Assembly (NCBI GenBank): GCA_934573855.1
Contig: CAKTMF010000009.1
Coordinates: forward strand, 12,762 to 76,761
Length of the DNA stretch: 64,000 bases
Reading direction: 5' to 3'
Source: an uncultured Oscillospiraceae bacterium
GTDB lineage: Bacteria > Bacillota > Clostridia > Oscillospirales > Oscillospiraceae
Shown: piece by piece, positions 19,801 through 28,589 of the stretch
Layout: the number at the start of each line of letters is the position of its first letter
How positions within the stretch are numbered: the stretch's first letter is position 1
Notes under the pieces: model-generated
The model's database searches: none
Told to the model about the DNA's origin: nothing
The model's input: the letters and a program-made list of their open reading frames with translations, nothing else
Position numbers and translations under genes: made by a program

Positions 19801-20879
19801 ACGAGCTGGGACACGATGACCCCACCATGATACGCATGATGGAGGACATGACCGGCGTTGACGCGAAGGAAATATCCCTCTCCGACCCGGATACCATGTC
19901 CATCTATACAAGCCCGAAGGTGCTGGGTCTCCCCGACGACGACCCCATCATCGGCAAGACCGGCAGTATCGGCGTCCCCGAATTCGGTACGCCCTTTACC
20001 CGCCAAATGCTTGTGGACACCCAGCCGCACCAGTTCGACACCCTCGTGCGCCTGTCGGGCTTTTCTCACGGCACGGACGTGTGGGCAGGCAACATCCACG
20101 ACCTTATCGTAAACGGCACGGCCAACGTCAACGAGACTATCGGCTGCCGCGACGATATCATGCTCTACCTCATCTCCGTGGGTATCGAGCCGTCCCTCGC
20201 GTTCAAGACCATGGAGGCCGTCAGAAAGGGAAAGGTCAAAAAAAGCGGCGAGTTCCCCGGCGACGCCGAGCAGAAGATGCGCGACAGGGGAGTGCCGGAA
20301 TGGTACATAGAGTCCGCGAGAAAGATAGCCTATCTCTTCCCGAAGGCCCACGCCGTGGCCTACGTCATGATGGCCTTTCGTATCGCGTGGTTCAAGGTGC
20401 ATGAGCCGCTGGCGTTCTACAGCGCGTATTTCTACCGCCGCAGCCAGAAGGGCGGCTTTGACGCGGAGCGCATGTGCGGCGGCGCCGATGACGTGAGGCG
20501 GAAAATAAACGAGATGAAGCGCAGAAACGACCTCACCGCGAACGAGGAGGACCTCCTCGTCACCATGGAGGCCGTGTACGAGTTCAATATGCGCGGCTTT
20601 GAGTTTGCCCCCATCGACCTCTATGAGTCCGACGCGACGAAATTCCTCATAACCGACGACGGACGGCTGCGTCCGCCCTTCGTCTCCGTCTCCGGTCTGG
20701 GCGAGACGGCGGCCATCGACCTTGCGAGGTGCAAGGACATGGGGACGCAGTTCATCTCCATGGAGGAGCTGGGACGCGCCTGCCCCAAGGTCAGCCAGAC
20801 CCACCTTGACACCCTCAAACGCATGGGCGCGCTGGGCGAGATGCCGGAGAGCAGTCAGCTGAATCTCTTTGAAATGTAA
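16872..20879 (+). CDS. polC: DNA polymerase III PolC-type (Gram-positive replicase)
   Basis: 1335 aa. PHP domain, DEDDh proofreading exonuclease (FVAFDIETTGL) inserted in the PHP domain, pol III alpha core. ATGA overlap with ispG. Confidence 0.9.
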   Translation: MSEHTPFLTIFPGCEDMKNACGGLDNAYVTDVQVDTGNLALTVCAWFAAMPSPAEIASVSERLRRDYRLNTAVIIPDHPRPKSAPAQAAAHKSAAPGGAPTGDVLYGRAIKQRPVAMEIVTLESGKVTIEGDVIAVTSRTIQKRGSAVLCFDITDRTNSVRVSRFLRSEDDQSVINRIEVGDHLIVQGEMIYSKYDDDVVLDPRNIMKSKRFVRPDNAPEKRVELHLHTRFSALDALTDPDAVVKRAAYWGMDSIAVTDHGVAQAFPDMWKAGKKHGVKIIYGLEAYFVNDMDGNSAVIGKSRLPLDTEFVAFDIETTGLNAMNDRMTEIGAVIFSGGEVKKVFNTFVDPQRHIPPDITTLTGIKDSDVKGAPLEKEAMEKFMDFIGDRPLIAHNAHFDVGFMQAAAQRSGMRFNPVFLDTLALSQALCPELKRFKLDTVSNHLGLPQFNHHRASDDAMVVVRIMGKFLPMLAQQGAKTVDDIEAVYHSLRRTDVAKSYHMILLVKNRTGLKNLYEMISQSYLKYFHRTPTIPKSLLVRRREGILVGSACGMGELYGAVMKGASQAELEKIASFYDYLEIQPICNNHFLIDNGTVSGENVLQDYNRTILELGRRLNKPVIAASDVHFLDAEDEQYRKILLAAKKFSDADRSCPIFFRTTDEMLQEFMYLGKETAKEVVITNTRAIADQVEPIELLPKDLFPPKIENSAEQLRDLVYSKMHRIYGENPPEIVQSRVDVELNTILSHHYDVIYMSAQKLVQNSLENGYLVGSRGSVGSSIVAYMSGITEVNSLPPHYVCPKCCHSEFITDGSYGCGADMPEKDCPECGTRMRRDGFDIPFETFLGFPGNEKTPDIDLNFSGEYQAKAHKYTEVLFGSDHVFRAGTIGTLAEKTAFGYVKKYLEERGMKASKAEENRLAQGLVGIKRTTGQHPGGLVVIPQDMDVTDFCPVQHPADDPDSDIITTHFEYHCMEANLLKLDELGHDDPTMIRMMEDMTGVDAKEISLSDPDTMSIYTSPKVLGLPDDDPIIGKTGSIGVPEFGTPFTRQMLVDTQPHQFDTLVRLSGFSHGTDVWAGNIHDLIVNGTANVNETIGCRDDIMLYLISVGIEPSLAFKTMEAVRKGKVKKSGEFPGDAEQKMRDRGVPEWYIESARKIAYLFPKAHAVAYVMMAFRIAWFKVHEPLAFYSAYFYRRSQKGGFDAERMCGGADDVRRKINEMKRRNDLTANEEDLLVTMEAVYEFNMRGFEFAPIDLYESDATKFLITDDGRLRPPFVSVSGLGETAAIDLARCKDMGTQFISMEELGRACPKVSQTHLDTLKRMGALGEMPESSQLNLFEM

Positions 20880-20880
20880 A

Positions 20881-20920
20881 GCAAATACCGCAGTCACACG
20901 ACTGCGGTATTTGCTTTTAA
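20881..20920 (+). terminator. rho-independent terminator after polC (aaataccgcagtc-acacg-actgcggtattt + gctttt)
   Basis: 13-bp stem followed by a T-rich tract. Confidence 0.6.
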
Positions 20921-20974
20921 GTCTTTTATAACGCGGCTCCTGCCGTCATAGGAAATTGGAAGAAGTTGTAGCAA

Positions 20975-21052
20975 GTAAACATAATTATTTAATTTTACAA
21001 TTACGTCCACAAGATTATGTAAATTAAATTATCGGAATAAAATTATGTAAAC
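20975..21052. repeat. cluster of three motif copies in the convergent polC/radical-SAM intergenic region: GTAAACATAAT (20975), ATTATGTAAAT (21014-21024), ATTATGTAAAC (21042-21052). The last two start 27 bp apart
   Basis: Direct reading of an AT-rich 150-bp spacer. Confidence 0.85.
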
Positions 21053-21951
21053 AAGCTGCCCTGAATAACGCCGTCTCTCTCAAAGGCGCGGTTGATGGCA
21101 TTCAGGACCTTCTTTTTATCAGCGCTCCACAGCGGCGCAATGAGGTCGCGCTTTGCCCCGTCGCCGGTGAGACGGTGTATGACCATTCCGGCCGGCATGC
21201 GCCTTACGCAGCCCTCAAGAATGTCGATGTACTCATCCGGCGTCAGCGTCTCAAAGCGCCCGGCGGCATAGTCCTCCGCAAGATCGGTGCCGCGCAGCAC
21301 GTGGAGGAGCTGAAATTTGACCCCGTCCGCGCCCGAATGCGCGATATGCTCCGCCGTTTCAAATATCATCTCACGGTTTTCTCCGGGCAGGCCGATTATC
21401 ATGTGCACGACGACCTCAAGCCCGGCCGCCTTCAGACGCCTTACCGCGTCGTCAAAAACCTCGAGCCTGTAGCCGCGGCGGATATAGGCGGCGGTAGTCT
21501 CATGCACGGTCTGAAGCCCCAGCTCGACCATGACGGGCTTTGACGCGCTGATATCCGTGAGAACCTCCACTACCTCGCCGCCGAGGCAGTCGGGCCGTGT
21601 CCCTATCGAGAGCGCCGCGATGTCCGGAAGTCCCGCCACGGAGCCGAAAAGCTCCCGCAGGCGGTCAATGGGAGCATAGGTGCCGGTGTAGCTTTGAAAA
21701 TAGGCGATGTATTTCCCGCCGCCGTTTTTTCCGTGAAGGACGGACTTTGCCCTCTCCACCGCAAGCGCCGCGTTATCAGTGACCGGGACGGAAAAATCGC
21801 CGCTCCCGCGCCCGGAGCAGAAGATACACCCGCGCTCGCCAAGCGTGCCGTCGCGGTTCGGACAGGTGAAGCCTCCGTCGAGCGCGAGCTTGTACACCTT
21901 GCAGCCGAATTTTTCGCGGAAATATGAATTTGCCGAGCGGTAGCGTTCCAT
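21043..21951 (-). CDS. TIGR01212-family radical SAM protein (YhcC/YtqA-like)
   Basis: Typical family spacing of the CxxxC FeS ligand pair CIFCSGRGSG rather than classic CxxxCxxC, and a TIM-barrel radical SAM core. ggagaatgg RBS. Confidence 0.75.
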   Translation of the reverse strand: MERYRSANSYFREKFGCKVYKLALDGGFTCPNRDGTLGERGCIFCSGRGSGDFSVPVTDNAALAVERAKSVLHGKNGGGKYIAYFQSYTGTYAPIDRLRELFGSVAGLPDIAALSIGTRPDCLGGEVVEVLTDISASKPVMVELGLQTVHETTAAYIRRGYRLEVFDDAVRRLKAAGLEVVVHMIIGLPGENREMIFETAEHIAHSGADGVKFQLLHVLRGTDLAEDYAAGRFETLTPDEYIDILEGCVRRMPAGMVIHRLTGDGAKRDLIAPLWSADKKKVLNAINRAFERDGVIQGSLFT

Positions 21952-22095
21952 CTATTTCCATTCTCCAAATATAAATATTTATTAAGTTCCGTTGCCTGAA
22001 AACGCATAAAGATGTAGAATAAGTATAGCAGGAAAAACCTCAAAATTGAAGAAAAAAGTTACAATTATAAGTCTTGCGAAAAACGTCAAAAACGG

Positions 22096-22124
22096 TTGAC
22101 ATAAATTTTTGCGTGTGTTAACAT
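22096..22124 (+). promoter_or_regulatory. candidate sigma-A promoter ttgaca-17-taacat for the pseudokinase/lectin gene. The -35 and -10 each sit inside a motif-like word (GTTGACATAAAT, GTTAACATAAT)
   Basis: Perfect -35, 17-bp spacer and a 4/6 -10, about 35 nt before the ggaggag RBS. Confidence 0.4.
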
Positions 22125-22161
22125 AATTTTCGTATCGGACCATCTGACTGGAGGAGAGACA

Positions 22162-23682
22162 ATGGCAAACGTTAAATTTGACCGGGATAAAGTTCTGGGC
22201 AACAGCATAGCGTGTCTCAGCAGGCAGGCTCTCTGTGAGTTCGCCTCAAAGCTGTGCTCCGCAATAAAGGAGGACGCCGGAAGCGGCGGATACCGCGGCG
22301 GAGTATACCCCTCCAACATCAGCATGAGCGAGAACGGGGAGCTTGCCATCGGCCCCGCATCGAGCGCGGACTGGCAGGGCGAGGAGCTTCAGTATCTGGC
22401 TCCGGAGCTTTACTGGAACGGCCGGCGTTCGCCCGCGTCCGACGTATATTCCGTCGGCATGGTGATGTATTTCGCCGCCTCCGGGGGAAAGCTCCCGTTC
22501 GAGGATGAGTGCAGCGACGCGCAGCTTCGCCGTATGAGCGGCGCCGCTATCAATCCCCCGCGCGCGGCCGGCCGCCGTCTGGGCGAGATAATCGCGAAGG
22601 CTATCAGCTTCAAGGCCGGCGACAGGTACCAGAGCATGGATGAAATTAAGACCGTGCTTGACAGCTGCAATAAAAATCTCTTCGCCTCCGGAGCCTCTAC
22701 CTCCGAGGCGGTGTTTGGGAAAAGCGACGACGACCTGAGCGACATCGAGCGCATGATGGTTGACATAATGGAGCGCGGAGAAATAAATCAGGAGGCCCCC
22801 GAGCTGCCTGAGACCGTCCCCGATACTCCCGAGGAAATGCTCAAGCCCAAGCCCAAGGCGGAGACCCGCGAACCCAGGGGCGAGGACGTCCGGATATACA
22901 CCCCATCTGAGGATAAGTCCGGCGAGCCGGAGGTCATCGAGCTTCGCGAGGAAAAGAATCCCCTCATCGAGCCTATAGTTTTTTCCGGCGCGCGGCCGGG
23001 CGGCGTCCAGTACAGCAAAAATCTTGAGCGCGAGCGCAAGATAGCCGAGCAGGTCAGAAAACGCCGCAGACGCCCCGTCGTGTTCATCGGCCTTTTGTGC
23101 GCCATGCTCCTCGTCGCGGCGATAATCTTCAACGCCATGACGCGCGAGCTCAAGCGCGCCGACACCGTGTTCGGAACGCCGACGCCCGCCGAGACCTCCG
23201 CCGTATCCACGCCAATCGTCGCCCCGACCCCGGACCCCGAGGTCGTCAGCACTCCCGAGCCTACCGCCGAGCCTGAGCCGGTAAGAGAACACACCTACAA
23301 GATATTCGTCGAGGACGTGAGCTGGACGGTGGCGCAGCAGCGCTGCGAGGAGCTTGGAGGACACCTTGTCACCATATCCGACGTGGACGAGCTGAAAATA
23401 GTCACCGACCTTGCCGAGCAGTACGGCGTCACACGCGTGTGGATCGGCTGCCGCCGTATCGACGGCGAGCTGACATGGGTCACGGGCGAGAGGATAACAT
23501 ACTATCCCTGGGGCAGGGGAGAGCCGAGTTATGTTGACTCCGGCGACAATGTGGACGAGGACTATCTGCTCCTCTGGAACCACGGCGGCTGGAGCTATAA
23601 CGACAGCCGCAACGACCCCGTCGCCGATTACCCCGAAATGTACAGCGGCAATCTGGCCTATGTCTGCGAAATAGACCCCTGA
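22162..23682 (+). CDS. single-pass membrane protein: degenerate Ser/Thr-kinase-like cytoplasmic domain (pseudokinase C-lobe), TM helix, Pro/Thr/Glu-rich stalk, C-terminal C-type lectin-like domain
   Basis: N-terminal residues YPSNIS (compare KPSNIL of the catalytic loop, with HRD lost), an APE motif in YLAPELYW, subdomain IX DVYSVGMVMY, and no Gly-loop or VAIK lysine. A TM helix (VVFIGLLCAMLLVAAIIF). The C-terminus has the CTLD fingerprint WTVAQQRCEELGGHLVTI...WIGC...WVTGE...WGRGEPS...LLLWNHGGWSYND...AYVCE. Confidence 0.7.
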   Translation: MANVKFDRDKVLGNSIACLSRQALCEFASKLCSAIKEDAGSGGYRGGVYPSNISMSENGELAIGPASSADWQGEELQYLAPELYWNGRRSPASDVYSVGMVMYFAASGGKLPFEDECSDAQLRRMSGAAINPPRAAGRRLGEIIAKAISFKAGDRYQSMDEIKTVLDSCNKNLFASGASTSEAVFGKSDDDLSDIERMMVDIMERGEINQEAPELPETVPDTPEEMLKPKPKAETREPRGEDVRIYTPSEDKSGEPEVIELREEKNPLIEPIVFSGARPGGVQYSKNLERERKIAEQVRKRRRRPVVFIGLLCAMLLVAAIIFNAMTRELKRADTVFGTPTPAETSAVSTPIVAPTPDPEVVSTPEPTAEPEPVREHTYKIFVEDVSWTVAQQRCEELGGHLVTISDVDELKIVTDLAEQYGVTRVWIGCRRIDGELTWVTGERITYYPWGRGEPSYVDSGDNVDEDYLLLWNHGGWSYNDSRNDPVADYPEMYSGNLAYVCEIDP

Positions 23683-23693
23683 GCAATTATTAA

Positions 23694-23722
23694 ACAAGGC
23701 CACCGTTCAGGTGGCCTTGTTG
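23694..23722. terminator. bidirectional terminator (aacaaggccacc-gttca-ggtggccttgtt) between the convergent lectin gene and pepF
   Basis: Perfect 12-bp inverted repeat. Confidence 0.6.
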
Positions 23723-23737
23723 AGCATAATATTGAGA

Positions 23738-25423
23738 TCAGACCTTTATCTTCTCCAGCAGAGCCTCGACCCTTGCGGCCATCTCCTTGAGAGCGCCGGG
23801 GACGAAGGGAGCGGTGAAGCCGGCCTCCTTGAGGAGATCCGTCCAGACCATCTCTCCGCCATGCTTCGAGAAGCGGATGTAGCGGGCGAACGCGTCGTCG
23901 TAGTTCTCCTGAGACGCCAGAAGGAAGTTGAACGCTGCGGTCTGGGCGAGGCAGTAGTCGATGTAGTAGAACGGGCTTTCGTAGATGTGCATCTGATACT
24001 GCCAGCGGGTACCCTTTTCAAGATACGGCATGCCGTCGAGAGAGATATGCGGGCGGAACTTGTGTTCAAGCTCGAGCCACGCCGCGTCGCGCTCGGCGGG
24101 AGTCATGTCGGGGTTCTCATACACAATGTGCTGGAACGCGTCGACGATGGTGCCGTAGGGGATGAAGGACAGCGCGTCGAGCGCGTGCATGTAGCGGTAC
24201 TTCCCGGCGTTCTCGCCGAAGAACTTGTCCATGTACGGCCATGCGAAGAACTCCATGCTCATGGAGTGGGTCTCGGCGGTCTCCATGCCGCCGCAGCCAA
24301 GCTCGAGAGCGAAGCGGTTGTCGGCGATGAGAAAGGCGTTGAGCGCGTGGCCCGCCTCGTGGGTGACGACGTCGACGTCGCCTGCGGTGCCGTTGAAGTT
24401 CGCGAGGATGAAGGGCTGCTTGTACTTCGCAAACTCGGTGCAGTAGCCGCCGCCCCACTTGTTCTTGCGCGAGTCGACGTCGAAGGCCTCGTTTTCGAGC
24501 ATGAGGTCGATGAACGCGCCGGTCTCGCTGCCCATCGCGTGGTACATCTCCTTCGCCGCCGCGAATATCTCGTCCTTGCCGAAGGGGCGGGGGTCACCGC
24601 CGGGGACGATAACGTCGTTATCATAGAGCATGAACTTGTCGATACCCATGCGCTTCGCGTTTTCGGTGCGCAGACGCGCAACGACAGGGGTGATGTCGCT
24701 GAGTACGTTCTCGCGGAAGACCTTGACGTCCTCCTCGTTATAGCAGAGACGGCCCATGCGGCAGTAGCCCAGCTCGACGAAATTCTTGTAGCCCATCTTC
24801 TTCGCCATGCGGTCGCGGACGTGGACCATGCGGTCGTAGATGTCGTCAAGCTGCTCGCTGTGCTGCTCAAGAGTCCGGCCCAGAACCTCGTAGGCCTCCC
24901 TGCGGGTCTCGCGGTCGTCGCTCTTGGCGTAGCCCATCAGGGACGCGCGCGGCAGCTTCTCGCCGCGAAATTCAAATTCCATGCCGGCCATCAGCTTTGA
25001 ATACTCGCTCACGAGCTTGTTTTCCTCGATGAGATCGGGGACTATCTCGGGCGACATGGTCTTGCGCTGCACCTCAAGAGACTTGAAGAGAACGGGAGAG
25101 AGCTTCTCCTCCAGCTCCGCGCGGAACGGGGAATCCAGCAGCGCGCAGGCGTAGGCGACCATGTAGTTCTGAATCTTCGGGCCGACCTCGTCGTAGTAGT
25201 CGTTCTCGGCCACATAGAACTCGTCGGCGGTGTTGATGGTGTAGCGCATGTACGCGAGAGAGTAGTTCGTGGAATACTCAAGATAGATCTTCAGATAGTC
25301 TTCACGCGCGGCAAGTATCTCGTCCGCATTCGAGGCGTTCTTGATACGGGCGATGATATCGTCCATCGCGGCGGAGACTTCTTCAAGCGTTACCCGTCTG
25401 TAGGGGAGTTCAGAAACCTTCAT
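23738..25423 (-). CDS. pepF: M3 family oligoendopeptidase F
   Basis: HEAGHAL zinc motif and M3B length and architecture. The preferred start MKVSELPY has an aagga RBS. The ORF also offers an upstream TTG at 25441. Confidence 0.85.
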   Translation of the reverse strand: MKVSELPYRRVTLEEVSAAMDDIIARIKNASNADEILAAREDYLKIYLEYSTNYSLAYMRYTINTADEFYVAENDYYDEVGPKIQNYMVAYACALLDSPFRAELEEKLSPVLFKSLEVQRKTMSPEIVPDLIEENKLVSEYSKLMAGMEFEFRGEKLPRASLMGYAKSDDRETRREAYEVLGRTLEQHSEQLDDIYDRMVHVRDRMAKKMGYKNFVELGYCRMGRLCYNEEDVKVFRENVLSDITPVVARLRTENAKRMGIDKFMLYDNDVIVPGGDPRPFGKDEIFAAAKEMYHAMGSETGAFIDLMLENEAFDVDSRKNKWGGGYCTEFAKYKQPFILANFNGTAGDVDVVTHEAGHALNAFLIADNRFALELGCGGMETAETHSMSMEFFAWPYMDKFFGENAGKYRYMHALDALSFIPYGTIVDAFQHIVYENPDMTPAERDAAWLELEHKFRPHISLDGMPYLEKGTRWQYQMHIYESPFYYIDYCLAQTAAFNFLLASQENYDDAFARYIRFSKHGGEMVWTDLLKEAGFTAPFVPGALKEMAARVEALLEKIKV

Positions 25424-25425
25424 TT

Positions 25426-25435
25426 GTTTACATCC
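25426..25435 (-). repeat. GTTTACATCC variant copy (minus strand gGATGTAAACaaATG) spanning the pepF RBS-start spacer
   Basis: 8-mer core ATGTAAAC. Confidence 0.6.
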
Positions 25436-25525
25436 TTTCAATGATTTATTTGGATGGAGACACTATACTACATTTGCGCCGTTATTTCAATCCAATATAT
25501 CCGGACCGAGGAAAAGGAGACAAAA

Positions 25526-26824
25526 ATGGACACTGTAAACAGAAAGCTGCTTGATTTCATTGCCGAAAGCCCTACTGCCTTTCACGCGGCGCACAATGTC
25601 GCGAAGGCTCTTGACGAGGCCGGCTATACCCGCCTCTACGAGGATGAGAGCTGGCGCGTCGGCAGCGGAAAGTATTATGTGATGCGCAACAGCTCCTCCG
25701 TTATCGCCCTGAACATACCCAAGACGGAGTTTCGCGGCTTTATGATGATGGCGGCTCACAGTGACTCACCCTCCTTCAAGATAAAGGAATACCCGGAGGA
25801 CAGGGCGGCGGGACAGTACGTCCGGCTCAATACCGAGCGCTACGGCGGCATGATCGCCTCCACATGGCTGGACAGGCCCCTTTCCGCTGCGGGGCGCGTC
25901 ATGGTGCGCGAGAACGGCCGCATAGCCGAAAAGCTCGTAAACATCGAGCGCGACCTTATGATGATACCCAGCGTCGCCATCCACATGGAGCGCGGCGTGA
26001 ACGACGGCAAAAAGTTCGACCCCAACACCGATATGCTCCCCGTTATCAGCGCGGCGGACGCGAAGAACAGTCTGCGCGCCCTCGCGGCGGAGAACACCGG
26101 CGTGCCTGAGGACGACATCCTGTCTACCGACCTTTTCCTCTATCCCCGTACCCCCGGAACGGTCTGGGGCGCGGACGAGGAGTTCGTCTCCTCGCCGAGG
26201 CTCGACGATCTCCAGTGTGTTTTCGCCTGCCTGAACGGCTTTCTCGGGGCGAAGCCCGCAGAGAGCGCGGCGGTGCTGTGCGTATTTGATAACGAGGAGG
26301 TCGGCAGCGGCACCAAGCAGGGCGCGGATTCGACCTTCCTTGAGGATACGCTCGTCAGAGTGTGCGAGGCGCTCGGCAGGAGCGGCGCGGAGTACCGCGC
26401 GGCGCTGAACCAGAGCTTTATGGTCTCCGCTGACAACGCCCATGCCGTCCATCCCAACCACCCGGAGTTTGCCGACCGTATCGACCGGCCCGCGATAAAC
26501 GGCGGCATCGTCATCAAATTCAACGCCAACCAGAAATACACCACCGACAGCGTTTCGGCCGCGGTATTTGCCGAGCTGTGCAGGGACGCCGGAGTGCCGG
26601 TGCAGCGCTTTACGAACCGCGCGGACATGCCGGGCGGCTCGACGCTGGGGAATATAAGCTCTGCGCACGTCTCCGTGGATACGGTGGACATCGGCCTTCC
26701 TCAGCTTGCAATGCACTCCTGCTATGAGACGGCGGGAGCGAGAGACACCGAATATCTTATCCGCGCCGCACACGAGCTTTTCTCCCGCAGCTTCAGACGC
26801 GGCAGAAACGGGATAGAAATATGA
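25526..26824 (+). CDS. M18 family aminopeptidase (aspartyl aminopeptidase-like)
   Basis: Full-length M18/M42-type similarity, aaaaggaga RBS. Confidence 0.8.
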   Translation: MDTVNRKLLDFIAESPTAFHAAHNVAKALDEAGYTRLYEDESWRVGSGKYYVMRNSSSVIALNIPKTEFRGFMMMAAHSDSPSFKIKEYPEDRAAGQYVRLNTERYGGMIASTWLDRPLSAAGRVMVRENGRIAEKLVNIERDLMMIPSVAIHMERGVNDGKKFDPNTDMLPVISAADAKNSLRALAAENTGVPEDDILSTDLFLYPRTPGTVWGADEEFVSSPRLDDLQCVFACLNGFLGAKPAESAAVLCVFDNEEVGSGTKQGADSTFLEDTLVRVCEALGRSGAEYRAALNQSFMVSADNAHAVHPNHPEFADRIDRPAINGGIVIKFNANQKYTTDSVSAAVFAELCRDAGVPVQRFTNRADMPGGSTLGNISSAHVSVDTVDIGLPQLAMHSCYETAGARDTEYLIRAAHELFSRSFRRGRNGIEI

Positions 26825-28566
26825 AAATAAAACGGATACTTTCGGCCGTCCTGTGCCTGTGTACGCTGCTTGCATGCGTGCCTGCGGCCTTTGCCGACGG
26901 AACGGACGCCGAAGAAATGAAAATATTCAACGACAGCGAGATAGAGAACATCATAAAAGACTATCTCTCCTCGCGCAGCATAAGCGCCGAGAAGGTGAGT
27001 ATAGGCTTCTGCTACACTGCCACCGGTGACGAATGGTTCATGAACGGCGACGAGTGGATATACCCCGCGAGTCTCTACAAGATGCCGCTCATGATGCTCC
27101 TTGCCGAAAAGGTGAGCTCCGGAGAGCTTACGCAGGAGAGCAACATCGGCGGCATGAGCGTCGGGCAGATAGAGGAGTACATCATCGTCTACTCCAATAA
27201 CGACTGGGCGCACACCATACGCGCGTATCTCGGCGGCGACGAGGCGTGGCGGGCCGAGGCAAAAAAGTATGCGCGCCTTTCGGACGCCGACTACAGCGCG
27301 GATTACATGACCTACTGCTACTTCACCGCGCGCTACATAACCGAGGTCATCGAGACTCTCTATGCCTCGCCGGAGACCTTCCCAAACGTGATCGAGTGCA
27401 TGGGACAGGCGAAGCCGGGCGAGTATCTGCGCACGAATATCGAGGGACAGTATACCGTCGCCCAGAAATACGGCAGCTATATCGAACCCAACGGCACATG
27501 GAACAATCATGCGGCTGGTATCATATACACGCCCAATCCGATCATCGTTACCGTCATGACGAGGAATGTCGATAACTATAACGCCGTTATCGGCGACATC
27601 GCGGAGCTGCTGACCAGCTATGCGCTGACTCTGGATGAAAAGCTCGAGATATTCGAGCAGCAGAAGCTCGCCGCGCAGGTGGCGGCGGAGCAGGCAGAGG
27701 CCGACAGGGCGGCAGCGGAGCAGAGAGCCGCCGAGGAGGCGGAGCGTGCGGCCGCCGAAAAGGCAGCCGCGGACAAGGCCGCAGCGGAGGCCGCCGAAAA
27801 GGAGGCCGCCAAGGCAAAGCGCATGGAGGCGGTGAAGAAGGTCGCAAAGCTCGGCCTGAGCGCGCTCGCCATCGCGGCGCTGGCAGCGGCGGCGATAATA
27901 TTCCTCGGCAGGAAGAACAAAAAGAGATCCCCGGCTGACGAAAGAAACGCCGAAAAATACGGCAGAGGCAGATATGACGACGAGCTGTGGGACGATTACG
28001 ACCTCGAGAGCGGGAAGAGGACCCCGCGGGCAAGGCCCGCCCGTGAGCAGCCTGTACGGCGCGGCGCGCCCGATGATGCCGCTGTCCGCCGCCGGATCCA
28101 GGCGAGCGCGGAGAACGAGGGTTATCGCCGCGGCACGGCCCCGGATGAGAGCGCGCCTTACCGCAGAGGCCCAGCCACCGCCGGGGAAGCGCCTCGCCGC
28201 CGCGCACCGGACCGCGCGGACGAAAGGACATATTCCCGCAGCGCACCATCCTATGAGACCCACCGTCGCGAAGATACCGCCCCGGCGGAAAACGGAGCCT
28301 ATCGTAATTACCCGGCTTACGGCCGCGGCAGAGCGAAGGACGTCTATGAGGACGAAGACTGGGCGGACGAAAACGAAGCCGCAGACGAAAACGAGAATGC
28401 GTATGGCGGCGAATTTGAAAAGCGCTTTTCCCAGGGACGGACAGCCCGGCGCGAGACCTATGACGAGCCTCGCCGCCAGAGACAGAGCGACGATACCGCA
28501 GACAGACGCTCCGACCGCGGCGCGGCGGCCTCCCGCGGGAGAAAACGCGGCAGACACGAACTTTGA
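26821..28566 (+). CDS. secreted class-A beta-lactamase-like serine hydrolase domain, coiled-coil Ala/Glu linker, TM anchor, and a C-terminal Arg/Asp/Glu-rich disordered tail of about 230 aa
   Basis: Signal peptide. SxxK (ASLYK), SNN (SDN-like) and KYG (KTG-like) motifs in class-A order. An AEQAEADRAAAEQRAAEEAERAAAEK repeat. A TM segment LGLSALAIAALAAAAIIFLG. The tail is rich in R, D, E and Y. Confidence 0.6.
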   Translation: MKIKRILSAVLCLCTLLACVPAAFADGTDAEEMKIFNDSEIENIIKDYLSSRSISAEKVSIGFCYTATGDEWFMNGDEWIYPASLYKMPLMMLLAEKVSSGELTQESNIGGMSVGQIEEYIIVYSNNDWAHTIRAYLGGDEAWRAEAKKYARLSDADYSADYMTYCYFTARYITEVIETLYASPETFPNVIECMGQAKPGEYLRTNIEGQYTVAQKYGSYIEPNGTWNNHAAGIIYTPNPIIVTVMTRNVDNYNAVIGDIAELLTSYALTLDEKLEIFEQQKLAAQVAAEQAEADRAAAEQRAAEEAERAAAEKAAADKAAAEAAEKEAAKAKRMEAVKKVAKLGLSALAIAALAAAAIIFLGRKNKKRSPADERNAEKYGRGRYDDELWDDYDLESGKRTPRARPAREQPVRRGAPDDAAVRRRIQASAENEGYRRGTAPDESAPYRRGPATAGEAPRRRAPDRADERTYSRSAPSYETHRREDTAPAENGAYRNYPAYGRGRAKDVYEDEDWADENEAADENENAYGGEFEKRFSQGRTARRETYDEPRRQRQSDDTADRRSDRGAAASRGRKRGRHEL

Positions 28567-28589
28567 TCATCGGCAGGTGCATATCCATA

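Noticed and set aside
19593-20897. 434-aa minus-strand ORF antisense to polC. Similar long shadow ORFs lie at 22246..23703, 26722..28557, 27587..28612, 53466..54701, 56703..57656 and 57840..58799
   Set aside because: All lie opposite genes with strong homology (polC, lectin gene, beta-lactamase-like, sbcC, glgB). None has an RBS or recognisable domains. All are artefacts of high GC content.
20975-21052. Possible CRISPR array or other regular repeat array (motif copies with 27-bp start-to-start spacing here and at 38804/38832)
   Set aside because: Each locus has only two similarly spaced copies. The repeat unit is 10-12 bp, not 24-48 bp. There are no spacers of constant length and no cas genes in the window.
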